Source: Kudoa neothunni
Lineage: Eukaryota > Animalia > Cnidaria
Length of the DNA stretch: 64,000 nt
NCBI GenBank assembly: GCA_964304625.1
Contig: OZ199838.1
Location: forward strand, 6,683,731 to 6,747,730
Reading direction: 5' to 3'
Shown here one piece after another: positions 51,001 through 63,970 of this stretch; position 1 is the first letter of the stretch; the number at the start of each line of letters is the position of its first letter. A program made the translations under genes and the position numbers. Under the pieces are notes generated by a model. That model worked only from the letters and a program-made list of their open reading frames with translations. It did no database searches and had not been told where the DNA came from.

Positions 51001-54000
51001 ATTAAATATCAACATAAATGAAATTATTATTGTATTAATTGTGGAATCACGTGAACATTCAATTAATTTGTCTCCGTAATAAGGAAAGTATATATTGGTA
51101 GAAATTGTTGCTATTTACTACTAATTATGCACAAATATTAAGAAAATGTAAAATAAAAGTTTGCAGTTGTCTTGTAATTTAAGTATGTGAACCTACACTT
51201 TTAGTTGGCGGAAAATAATATTCCAAGGTAAAATTTATGATAACGTATAGTTATATTAATATTTAGTGGGTATTTTTATAAAACACAGTCTGTTTTAAAT
51301 TATTTAGGTCAGTAACTAAAAATTTGATGTACGGATTTAACCCGGAAATTAGTTTTTACATATTTTATGAGTATTTTTGTTCCGCGTTTTTAGCGCTTAT
51401 AGTTCCTTGTTAATCTAATCCATTTAAACATTGGGAGTTGAGTTTTTTTTTGCAAATAAAATAATATTCAAGATGAGAATATTAACTTAAATTGTGGAAT
51501 AGTTTATTTTTTAGTACATTGAATATCCTAATACCTATAAATATATTATTAATAAAAGAAATAAATGCTTGCATTTAAGTTAATCGTTGGCACAATTAAA
51601 TAAAATAGCTGGATAAAGGTCGATGAGTCTGATTTTTAGTCATGCCAGAAATTTAATAATATATGTATGATATCAAACATATATGTTTACATTTTTCAAT
51701 TAATTTTATCGTATTTCAGTATTTGAATAAGTTTAAATTAAATATCCATGCGATTTTTCATCGATTAAATGTATATTAATTAAATAAATTTCTTACTGAA
51801 ATTATAGCAATTAAAACAAATACTTTGTAAAATGTCTTAATGTGTCAAAAGAAGCATCACTTAGTTTAATAATGCCACATTTTCTTTTTTTATTGTTTGA
51901 TTAAAGTTTTTTAACTTCCATTAAGAAGTTCATATTAATTTGTATGAAATTCAATAAAAGCAGAGAATCTCTCGCCGAGTTGCTGTGAGAATAATGTTTG
52001 TAATATTGATTAAATTATTTTGGTTTCCATTAGCTGCCAAATAAGTAGTAATAAGGGATAAAAAATTTTGTTTGCTTTTAGATCGTTTATTATTGTTTAA
52101 AAATAAGTAAGTCCATGATTGACTATTTAATTTGTTTAGATTTAAAGATTTCTATGAAATGTGGCCTAATAAATTTCAAAATAAAACCAACGGTATTTAT
52201 TCCTTTTAATGATTTCATAATTAATCTAAAATAGGCATCACGCCCAGAAGATGGTTACTTCAGTGCAATCCAGGGTTGGCTGATCTCGTAACTGATGTAC
52301 GAACAAAGCTCCGCTTCATGATAAATTATTGTTTTCGAGTTTACTAATGGATATTTCTATTTTTAGACTTTAAAAAGTGATGCATGGGTCACAGATCTGT
52401 CTCAATTGATAAATCTCGAGAAATCCAAAGCAGATGCCAAATTTTTGAGACAATTTCTCCAAGTGAAATCTGTAAGTGTCACTACGAACGATCACAACCT
52501 ACTGAGTTTCGAATGTGTTAATTTTTTGTGGTTTAGGAAAACAAAGTCAAACTTGCTACCTACATCAGTCAGCATTACAATGTGGAGGTTGACCCTGAGT
52601 CCATGTTTGATATTCAAGTGAAAAGAATCCATGAATATAAACGACAAATGCTCAATATATTGCATTTGATTACACTATACAACAGTAGAGATTTTTGTAA
52701 TGACTTCAGCGTTAATGAACATCAATTTGTAGGAGTTAAACAAGATCCCTCAATAAAAATGACTCCTCGCACAGTTATGATCGGTGGAAAGGTAGCTGAT
52801 GGTCCGTTTCGCACATTTTTTTAATTTGACCATATTTAGGCTGCTCCTGGTTATTATATGGCTAAGCAAATAATAAAGCTATTTAATTGTGTTGCAGAAG
52901 GTTAGTTCATACTCCAAATTCTGTAAGTAGGTAACTAATTTTCCGTAACCTACTCGAACTCGAGCTCAGAAATAATTTGTTTTAACTTTCCGAGCGTCTT
53001 TGGGGTCCATTAGACCCCAATGGATGTTTGAGTCAATTTTAGAGGATCTTATATTACATCAATGAATTTAAAATCATATATTTTATTCAACAAATATGAG
53101 TTCTATTAAAATACTACAGAAAATTTGAATTTGTACTTTCAAGTCGCGAAATAATCAAAATACTTACACATACCATCTTTTTGGGGCCCAATGGACCCCA
53201 CGCTTTTTACCATACAACAAAATAAATAATTTAATACAATTTTTGGAATTAAACAAAATTTTATCGAGAGAAAGCAGAGATAAATTGAAAAAACTATGCA
53301 TACGTCAAATACTGATTATTACCGACGAGTGAAATACTGCCATAAATGGTTCTTAATATAATATTTTGAATGAAATTGAATCCAGTGTCAATTAATTTTA
53401 TCATCATTATTTGAAGACATGACAAACCAACAGTTGATGGCTTATATTGGAATCCTTGCCTGTATGTTAATTTCCAAATCTAAATTATATTCACTCAAAC
53501 TTCTTTGTCGCGAATGATGCTGTTTTTGTTCAAGATCTCGTGGCAGAAAAGCGACAACTCTTTTTATGTGTAGAGCCAACTGTAATAAAAGAAATTTTGA
53601 GGTTGTTTGCGTGATATGTTGTAACATTAAAAACTAATATATAAATATCTCGCATTTTATCTATTTTTAAACAATATGTAGTGCGAGTTTTATTGGGCGT
53701 TATTGTTAAGAAATTGTTAATAAAGAAAAAAATTTTTGAGACATTATTAATATTGAATGACATATTTTTATTAAATCCCTTAAATTTAAAAATAAAGTTA
53801 AACCTATTAAATTAGATGCCTATTTTAACCTTTAAATGGTTCGGCGGTGTTATAATTGTGACATTTTTCAATATTTTATCGATAATTTTCACTCATAAGT
53901 TAATAGATTACTTAATACATTTTTTCCATAATTCAAGTTGGAAAAAATGTGGGGTTCATGGGACTCCGAAGGAAGGAATGCGTAAGGTCGATTTTCAAGC

Positions 54001-56965
54001 GATCGGAAAATTAAAATAACCATTTTACGCAGTTATTAACATTTATAGTTTAAAATTTCATTGTTCGAAACACCAAAATAATTTATTTTCGAAATAATAT
54101 AATTTTGAGAAATTAAGGCCTCACGTTGGGTAATCCCGCCTCAAATGGAGTGAATATAATGTGTGCTGTTTTTGGGTTAATAAAGTTTATGAGGAGGTTT
54201 AAGTGGTACTTTTAGAATTATATGGAATAAAAATTATTTCTTTTTTTGTAATTGGTATTTCAAATAGTTTTTAAACTTATTAATCAAACATAAAAAACTA
54301 TACAACACCAACTTTTCTTAATATAAACGGTTTTTATATGTACTAATTACAAGATAATTTATAAAAAGCATATTTTTAATTCATTTAAAAAATGATTTTT
54401 CATTTAAGTCTTACCATCGGATGATTCCGCCTCAAACACGACATTTAGAACAATATGCTGAATAAATACTTTTTGCATTCACACCCGAAAACTTTTTTAC
54501 CCTTTTTTGTCTTAAAAAAGATTCGATTCATTTTATTCATGGTTAGATTTTTGGCATACCTATTAATAGGTGCGTTTCCTAAGCTCTAACCTTTAATTGC
54601 TTTGTTTGAAATCAACATGAAATATATGATACAGAGGTTGAATTTTAATATACAACCATTAAATTAAAGATTTGTAAAACCACCATATCTACTAAAATTT
54701 TTGTTCATTCAACTTAAATTTGTAATATTTGTTGAGCTGAATAATGTTTGTTCAGCACTAGTACGTACGCACAAAAATATTAAACTACTGCACAACAGAG
54801 GCCAATGGACCTTGTACATAAAATGAGATTGTATGTTTGTTAGTGTGTCACATTATAGTAATCTCCAAAAATTTCTTTTAAGATTTTTTAAATATATAAT
54901 ATAATATTTTATCGCCACCCTGCAGTAATATGAAGAAAAACACAACGTCATTACTAAAACAATGATAGTATTGAAGAACTCATCCGAATCATTGGGTTTA
55001 TAATAAACACAAATAATTAGTTACAACTGTAACAGAAAACGGAATAATGTTGTTCATACACGTTTTTCCGCATTTAGAACAGTTTATCTTTTTTTACATG
55101 TTTCGAGTATGGGCAAAAATGACATCTCTTCTTGTCATCCCACCTATCATACTTCGGAGATAGTTCAAATGGAAGATCAATTTTGTTATTAGCGTACTTT
55201 CCATCAATCTCATCAATTAAATTTTGTAGATATTGACGTCTTGTTCGGTTTTTGTATTATAGTGTAAATTCATTATATTTATTTAAGTACACAATCGTTG
55301 AGTGGTAACCAGCGATGTCATGGATATTGTAAAATATTGCGAGTTTTCTGTAATCACTGTGACTGCATCATTGATGAATAACATAATGCACAACTAACCG
55401 TAATACGAGGACGACAAAATATTAATCTGTTACTATTCTTAATCATTCATTTGATAAATATTTACATACTCCCATAATTTGATTCATTATAAAATTTAAC
55501 AATATAGCTAAAATTACATAACGCAGAACAAAATAAGAAATAATTCTTTCTTTAAAGTGCATGGGAAGAAATAACCAAAAATTAAAATTTTTGATTTTAT
55601 TTTTATCTTTTTTAATAAGCTTAGTAATATTCAGATGAGTTTATATAACATATATTTTTTGTTTATAAAGTTTTGATTCATTTTGACATGCTAATTGTTT
55701 AATTATTCAACAGAGTCCATTGGAACTTGTTGTGCCCAAAAGTTTGATTTTTATTTACATAGAAATAAAAAATCATACACAAGTTATTAGATGATAAAAA
55801 CGAAATAAAAAACATAAAACAAATTTTTGAGCAGCTAGACAGATTTATGAATTTCTGGCTATGTTGAGAATGCCACAATTTGTAAAATAATCATGAGCAG
55901 GGTCCATCGGGCCCTGGGCGCACCTACAAATGTTAACCTACGTTTGCGATATTTGACAACAGGAAAACTAGAATTACGGAAAACTAACAACCTACTCTAT
56001 CAGATATGGAAAATTTAACCACATAATTTAGTGATCAATTCTGACCCCGATGTTGGAAAAAGACTAAGAGCGGTATTTTTAACCAATTACAAGGTTTCTT
56101 TGGCTGAAAAAAGTAGCCAGAATTAAATGAATCTGAAATTTATTTTTTACTAGTCATTCCGTCCGCTGATCTTTCTGAGCAGGTAAATTCATGCATTTCC
56201 AATTATTTGTTCACAGTCAAACATCACTCAAATCGTGATATTTCATTTTACGTGTATGTTTAGGTTTCGACGGCCGGAACAGAGGCATCTGGTACTGGGA
56301 ATATGAAGTTTATGGTAAAACCTATGTTGTTAATGTTCCTACCAATACCATTAATTTAATAATAAAGCTTAATGGAGCACTAACAATTGGTACAATGGAT
56401 GGTGCCAATGTCGAAATGTATCAAGAAGCGGGTGCTGATAACATATTTATTTTTGGAATGAATGTGGAAGAGGTGGAAGAACTACGAAAAAGGGGGTATT
56501 TATCATTTTGCATATGATGAACTGAGATAATATTGGTTATTTGCATCAAATTCAACTCTTCTAGATACAATCCCACTACCTACTACAATAGCAATGAGGA
56601 GCTTCGAAATGCAATCGATGCTATAGCCTCCGGTATATTCTCTCCAAGTGGGGATCCCTTGGAATTTTCGGACATTGTCAATAATCTTTTGAAAACTGAT
56701 TAGTACGCAGTTGTTTAGAGAATGTTTATTAGCATGACATTATGTAATCTGGTTTTTGTTTAGCTATATGGTGTTGGCGGATTATGCTTCCTATATCGAG
56801 CAACAGGATTGTGTGGCTGATATCTATATGAGAAGGCACGATTGGGCTACCAAGGCATTGATGAATGTGGCCACTGCTGGAAAATTCAGTAGCGATCGCA
56901 CTATTATCCAATATGCCAAAGAAATATGGGATATTGTGCCGGTGAAAAAGAGACCCTCGGATTAA
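48049..56965 (+). CDS. PYG: Glycogen phosphorylase (animal type), ~19 exons
   Basis: N-terminal RRQLSVRQI (Ser14-type phosphosite), [73 protein letters not shown]-lysine motif [11 protein letters not shown], and GKFSSDRTI. All exons splice in frame with GT-AG introns. Long introns at 49711-52139 and 52901-56031. Confidence 0.98.
52986..54010. mobile_element. piggyBac-type non-autonomous element
   Basis: TTAA TSDs (52982-85 and 54011-14), TIR ctttccgagcg / cgatcggaaaa, and palindromes ggggtccattagacccc and ggggcccaatggacccc. Confidence 0.8.
54040..55932 (-). mobile_element. piggyBac deletion derivative
   Basis: TTAA TSDs and TIR catttatag / ctacaaatg. Minus-strand Cys-rich domain remnant [19 protein letters not shown] at ~55050-55135. 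Confidence 0.7.
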
Positions 56966-57300
56966 AACTATATTCATTCATCTATCATCATAACACCATA
57001 TTAAAGTTATAATTGCGACTATAGTAGTTCGAAGCATTATTATTCATACCAATTAGCTGATATATGTAAATTTTTGTGCACAATAACGATTTGATGAAAT
57101 AATTTAATCGCAGAATAGGGATTTTACTGGCCGTCGGGGATTTAGTACGATAAATTGAAATAAGCACTTTAATTTATTAGCCGATGAAAATATATTTGTT
57201 AATTCCGATAATAAAATTATTGCTAGGTAATTAATACAAATTATTGTGGTACATTGTTGTTATTAGATCAAAATGGATCCACGGATATGTTAGCAACGAA

Positions 57301-57332
57301 GGGTGGGCGTGGTTAGAGGTTCGGATTGGCTG
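57301..57332. promoter_or_regulatory. Candidate Sp/KLF GC-box plus CCAAT box
   Basis: gggtgggcgtgg and ggattggctg (reverse cagCCAATcc) lie 11 bp apart in an AT-rich background, ~1 kb upstream of the RhoGEF ATG. Confidence 0.3.
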
Positions 57333-58290
57333 CGGATCCGATAACACAGTTCTACCTGTATTTTCCGAAGTCTCGACCGATCAAGCCCCAAATTTTGAAA
57401 TAATAAAATTTATTAATCATTGTCTAATAATACTCGTGGAATGAATCTAGTGTAATGTCTGAGTGGTGACATGGTTTCTGTACAAAACACGGCCTACCGG
57501 CTTTTTTGTGTAATCATAATCCACCTACATCCATTATATGATAATATAATGAATAATTTGTATAAAAATAAAATTCAGTTCGTTACAATAATACCATGGA
57601 GTGAATAGGATAGCGAGGACAATTTTTAGAGATTTAATAAGCGTGCTCACTGATACGTTTCAAATTTATTCAACAATTAATATTTTCGGTGTTGGTACAA
57701 TGCGCCTACAAACTACAATTTATTGAGCATACGCAATCTATAATTATCATTATCTACCTTAATACTTTATAAACAGTTTATGCCCGAATGTTCATTAAGT
57801 ATGACATCATCATGTACTGCATTTGGACGAGAATAGGGAAACTATCGTAAACACTGCATAACTTTAGACGAAACCCCAATAAAACGGTTAAAATCTTAGC
57901 TGTATTGATAAAATGAAATCACTCGATGATCTACTTTATTGAGGATTGCCGTTCGAGTGAAATCGAATAATAGGTTGTAATCTCCTTACAAACTCTTGGG
58001 GTAGTGCAAAAGGTTTTTCTACATCGGAAAATATTCCACCAAACATAACGTCAATTTGAATTATAGTAAACTATAAGGTAACTTTATCAATTTCACACTG
58101 AGTTTATCGTATTAACACTCATCCAATAAATTAAATCAGAATATAAGCCTTATAAATTAAAGTTGGTTCGATAATATTGAAACCAACTTTTAACCATGGT
58201 TTATTATTATAGAATGAGGGTTAATTGGATGAGTTGTTTATTCGTTAGCTATAGTTTGTACAGCTTGATCCAATCTATACGCTTAGAAAA

Positions 58291-60638
58291 ATGCCCTGGA
58301 GTGACGGTGAAAATACTAACAAATTGATCAAGGTTGCTTCCGAAATACTTCAAACTGAAACCACGTATGCTATCTTCACATATACAAACGTAGTTGTTAT
58401 CAATGTAATTTGGAAATTGTAGTTATGTCGAAAAACTTAAGATCATAAACTATGTAAATTAATTGAATAAATATTCAATCAATTGAATTGGATCGGTAGG
58501 ATTTCCACGATTTTTTTGTTAAAAAGTCCAAATCGTTACAAGAAAAAAACTATCCCACTGTTAAACAGATAGAGGCCTTGTTTCTTAATTTGGGACCAAT
58601 CATGGGCTTCCACCAAATTTTATTAGCCGAACTACAAGATGCTTTAAATAACTGGTATCTTCAAAACATCAAATCTATGATTGATTTCCTTTCATCTGTA
58701 GGAGTAAAGAACAAAAGATTGGAGGAATATTTAAAAAAATGGCGCCATTTATCAAAGTAATTATTGCGATCCTTCCTTATTTATTTACTTACTGTATATC
58801 CTAGTTGTATGCGACCTACATATCCGGCTACGAAGTAACCCAAGATACTCTTCAAGCTTATATTAGAAAGTTTCCTAAATTCGCTGCAGATCTAGAAGCT
58901 CAACAGGTATCCACACATATTAAGATGATGTTTTTCTACAAAAAACTACGACCTTAATAGAAATTACCGCAATGCCATTCACTAACTTTGATGCATCATA
59001 TGTTGGAGCCTATTCAACGAGTTCCACGCTACAGAATGTTGTTACAAGGTGTGTTCATTGTTTATATTTTAATTAATTAATCAATCAATTTTAAAACTAT
59101 TGATGTATTTATATTTACGCAAATAAGGCCCAACAACGTATTCAAATACGATTAATTTTAATAATTTTCGTAATTAGAATACAAAAAGATTTTACCCACT
59201 GACCACGCTGACTACCAGGATCTTTCTTGTAACACACTGATTGATATTCATTCCTTTAAATGAGTCCTGTCCTTACACCAATGTAGTGTCGTTAGAAATG
59301 GTGATGAAATCAGCAGATCATGCTAACAATAGCATACACGAATATGTAATATCGGATTGATTTGATTTTCATCACATCACCCAATAGGAAGCTTCACTTA
59401 AATTGAACGAGATTCAAAATCGAATCGTTTCCAATATTGTTATCATTGTGCCCGGAAGAGTAAATTTCCATTGTTCAAAGCCCGTTCACCCTATTTAACG
59501 ATATATACCTCTAGAGAATTATATACGAAGGAGAACTGGGTAGATGTTCTAGCAGCAGCAGTTCGAAACAGAAACCTTGTTACTTATTTCTTGTAATTGC
59601 TCACTATTTTGTGTGTTCTACTGGGACTGTCGCTTACATTTTCCCCACCTATAGTTCAACGATATACTCTTGGACTGCAGTTATGGCACCAACAAAAAAA
59701 TGAAACAGCACTCATACTATCAAAATGGAGACTCGTCAGTATCCAAGAATTACTCTAAAAATGGGTTTTCGTTCGACCTCCAAAATGAGGATATGATAGT
59801 GACTTATATTTGCAAATCGGAAGAGGAACGAGATCTTTGGGTGTCCAAAATTCAACAAGGCATTGACGAATTTATTCGTATCCCTATTTCACGCTATGTG
59901 AAGTGATCTAATGTAAGAATGTAGTAAGACAAAATTCATTTAAACATCCCGGTAAAAAAACCAACGCTAATCAATATTCTGAAGGAGTAAAAAAGATTAG
60001 TCAATTTTTTGGCAGTAATGTAGAAACATACAAGAAAAGAGCTAGTTTGGTAGGTTTAATGCCAAATACACTTTTTGTCATATGGCTGGATGTATGATGA
60101 TCTGTATGTATGTATGTGAATAGGGACATCAAATGAGTTCCGACTCGAAAAATTCGCTCATTTATCCTTTATGCGATGGTCTGTTGGATGTTGCATTCGA
60201 ACGTAACGCTCCTCCCAATACGTTTTTCTGTGTGTTGTCTATGCAAAGAAAACTGGTATTGTATACAAATGAAACTGTAAGCTCAATTGCAACTTCATTC
60301 ATTCAATATTCATCTGAATTCTAATCAACTCAATCTCTAGGAAAAAATTGCTGTCAAAGAATGTGATGTTGAAGGTTTCTCTCTTTATGAAGTAATTTTG
60401 TTATGCGTTGTTTATCAGTAATAATTTTACTGTGTTGTTATTGACAGGAGATATCTTCAGATAGTAAAATATTCCAACTTACTAATGATGACTCGATCTC
60501 TCTCTATCTCTCATCCAAAGACAACAAATCGTTGACCAAGTATACACAATTTCTGATCGTTCGATCTGATTTATATTCGTGGATATAATTAGATGGGTTT
60601 CTATGTTAAGACGATCCGGAGTTATTGTTAGCAGCTAA
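58291..60638 (+). CDS. FGD: FGD-family Rho/Cdc42 GEF (DH-PH-PH, no FYVE), ~15 exons
   Basis: Spliced: [76 protein letters not shown] (FGD1-4-like DH signature). PH1: [37 protein letters not shown] second PH domain ends SLTKWVSMLRR..* (TAA 60636-38). Further 5' exons are possible because an AG acceptor lies just before the ATG. Confidence 0.88.
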
Positions 60639-62807
60639 TCAATCAGATATTTTTTCTATCACATTCTACTCATGCTCCAACCCTCATTCATCGTTTATAT
60701 ATGGTTTCCATCGGTGACCAAGTTTTGAATTTTAGTGAATTTATTGCTAATCTTTAACTGTTGTAATTATTTTTGATAAAATTCTGTTGTTTAATACGTT
60801 TGTAGTCATTTTTGGCAATTATCCATCTCCACATAGATGCAAATAACAAAACTAAATTTTATCATTTTGTTTGGAGTTATAATAAAATTCAACCATATAA
60901 AGAATTTACTAATTTAACAACAAAAGTTGATTTTATTATTATAAACTAAATATGTAGTTAATTTTTTGAATAAACCTATTTTCTGTGTTCAATTTCGGAA
61001 ACTTGACTTAAGTGCCTTTTTGCATTGGTTACCGCTAGGAACGCTCTGTTTAAGTTATCATTCTCATGGTTTATTATTTTTATATGGGGAAACACAGCCA
61101 GCATTGTTTGTTGCACATTTTTTAGGGATTGTTAAAGAGGTACGAAATATCCATTTAATTTCGTGCGCCTGAAAAATAAAATTTAAGTATTATTCTCAAC
61201 ATAAGAATATTAACAAACTATTTTTTAAAATTATCTTTTATAAATTTGAAGTTATCGATATACTCAGTAATTTAAAGTATCGTATGCACCACTGGGTAGA
61301 AATGATTCAATCCAGCTGTGCTTTCAAATTAAAACACCTTGTGTGTTTCTGAGACGACATTTCTCAGCTTGCACATATTTGAAAAATATTTTATATTTAT
61401 ATTATGATTAAAATTAACATCTTTTCATAAATTTTTATTTTAAATAATTTTTAACTCATTTGCATATTTAATATTTATCACAGAAAATTATAGGAATGTT
61501 TTCAATATTCGAAACAATGTAAATTACACTCTTAAAATTTTGTACTTTTTCAAATTAAACATCATTCTCAGCAATTTTAATTATTTTTTAGTTTATGAAT
61601 TTTTTGGACGTTTGTTTCCTTTTTGCTTTAAATTTTATATAATTATTGTCTTAGTTATTTAATATAAATATTTATTTAAAAGATAACGTATTCAAATGTC
61701 ACTGTCGCGCAATTTTATATAATTTGTAACAAGCAAAATAAATATTTTCTCAATATAGTCGTTAGATTGCGTAAGGACTAAACACAATCTAAAGAATATT
61801 CTTGTATTAATTTAAAATAAAATATTTAACATGCTGAATTTTTGTTTATTTTAGCATTTTAAAGATTAACGTAAAATTTAATGACAATGATATTAACCAA
61901 CGGCAAAATTATATATCTTGTTGGATAATTTTGGAAAATATTCCTGATTATTATTTTTATTCCATAAATATTTATTTTATTTATAAATTGGATAGAAATC
62001 AAAATTTTAATAATTATTAAGATTGATTGGTGTTGATCAGATCCTTGGAAGATTTCATTAGATCATATATATTTTATACCATCGATTTTATAAATAATGT
62101 TAGACTCTCAATGATATTTTTAAAGATATAAATTCGTATGTTGAGATTAATTTCTCAGTCTTCTGCTAGTAATATTTCAATGTCATTAACATTATCAACA
62201 TTATGTATTTGTAGTAGTCATAATATACATGGTAAAAATATTTTTTGAATCGCTGTTTAATAATTTAGAATTAAATTAACAATTAACTACTCTTTCGACA
62301 AAAAATTAATTTAGTGTGTTTATCATGTAATTTTTAAAGTGAATTAAAGTAAATTTTATCCCCCAACAGACCTAATAGTGAAAGCGTAAAAATCATAGGT
62401 TTTCATACTAATTATCCGATTTATTAGTGAAAAAGTTTCTCAATAATAATCCTTCTATTTCGAATGATGAAAGAACCATTACCGAAACCAAAAAAAGGTG
62501 TAATTTATGTTAGCGAGGTTCGAGCAGAAAACCCAAATAAATGTGTTCTTGCTGTTCCGGAGGCTGTTCTAATAATGTCTGAAGTTTTTTGCGATTTTAT
62601 AATAAAATCTAAAAATTAATTATTTCTTTTATTATGAATTTTTTTATTAGCTACTGGTCTTTTTCTATCTATCTTTAGAGTATTTTAATGATTTTTTAAA
62701 TGTGAAATAAGTTAATGTTTATATTGATAAATAATTATATTTCCAATAATGGCAATGTTATTCATTATAAAAATATTTAAATTTTACCATTACTTTAAAA
62801 CATAATA

Positions 62808-63970
62808 CAGTAGGTGACGGCTCGTGCGTACCTGCCATGATTTAATGACTTACACGATACTGTTACTAATTAAAATGAATCGAACAAAAGCATAGAAATT
62901 ATAATAAATTATTAAAACCTTAGTTTTTGTTTTAATTCGTTGTATATAAGAACTAACTCAAATTTACGACTCGTGGGCACTTGAAGTGAACCAAGAAGTT
63001 ACGTTCTATGAGAGATAAAGTGGATATAATGCCATATTATGAAAGAATAACGAATGGGGAGAACAGATAAACTAAAATTCTCAATTATTTTAACTTAAAA
63101 TATCTATCCTCTTTAAATAGGATTTTAGGTAATAGAGAATCCATTACGAAGTCTCATAATGGAATGTAAATTACAAAGAACCACAAAAATTTACTATTTC
63201 TATGAATGATGCCCTAATTTATTTGAGAACAATGTACAAATTGTTCAGAAAACGAAATTATCAAATGTTATCTACGGTCATAGATCTAGAGACGACGATT
63301 TACGATTCAAGAATGCCAGAGTTTTACCAGTAAAATATTAAAAACTTTTCAAAAACAAAATCCAACCAATAAGTGTGCTAAAAACTTTTAGTTATATTTT
63401 ATTGAGTATATTAATTAATTTTATGAAATTATGCATATATATATATATATATATATATATTAAATTTATCTTGATTATTAACTCTCACTCCTACTTATCT
63501 TGAGTACAGAAAAAAATTCATTTGTTACGCGACACTTCCTTAAGATATAATGATTCATTAAGGAAGTTTTCTGCATGTTTATATTTAAAATCGTCCAAAC
63601 CTTTATGATTAAAATAAAAAATAATTTTGATTGTAATAAAATTTGATGTGTGAATTACATTTATTATTTTTTAAAATTTTTGTTGACAGAAATCATTGGT
63701 ATTATCATCACGTTGTCTAAATGGTTTGTTTCTACAAATTAAAGTCAAGGCTCGACTAGATTAGTCTCATTCAATCTTTACATAATTGGTATAAGAAGAT
63801 TTTATCTTATTAATATACTTTTGAATATAAATACAAACATAGTGATAAATAAGAGAGACCAAATTGCAAGAGCCCATATTAAAATTTTGCTTTGTTCGCA
63901 TGCGTTATGACGGGTCGTGGGCACTTCGAACCCAATTCCCACTTTAGTGCCCACGGCCCGTCACCTACTG
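62808..63970 (+). mobile_element. pogo/Tigger deletion derivative
   Basis: TA TSDs and TIR cagtaggtgacggctcgtg / cacggcccgtcacctactg. Remnant psq-type HTH at ~63000-63150 (SMRDKVDIM..GENR*TKILNYFNLKYLSSLNRILGNRESI). Confidence 0.85.
63435..63460. repeat. (AT)n microsatellite
   Basis: Direct reading of the sequence. Confidence 0.9.

Larger units (their letters stand above)
52926..55997. mobile_element. pogo-type MITE (family of 43393) enclosing two piggyBac elements inside a phosphorylase intron
   Basis: agtaggtaactaattttccgtaa (52926) is the imperfect reverse complement of ttacggaaaactaacaacctact (55974-55996), with TA flanks. Confidence 0.65.
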
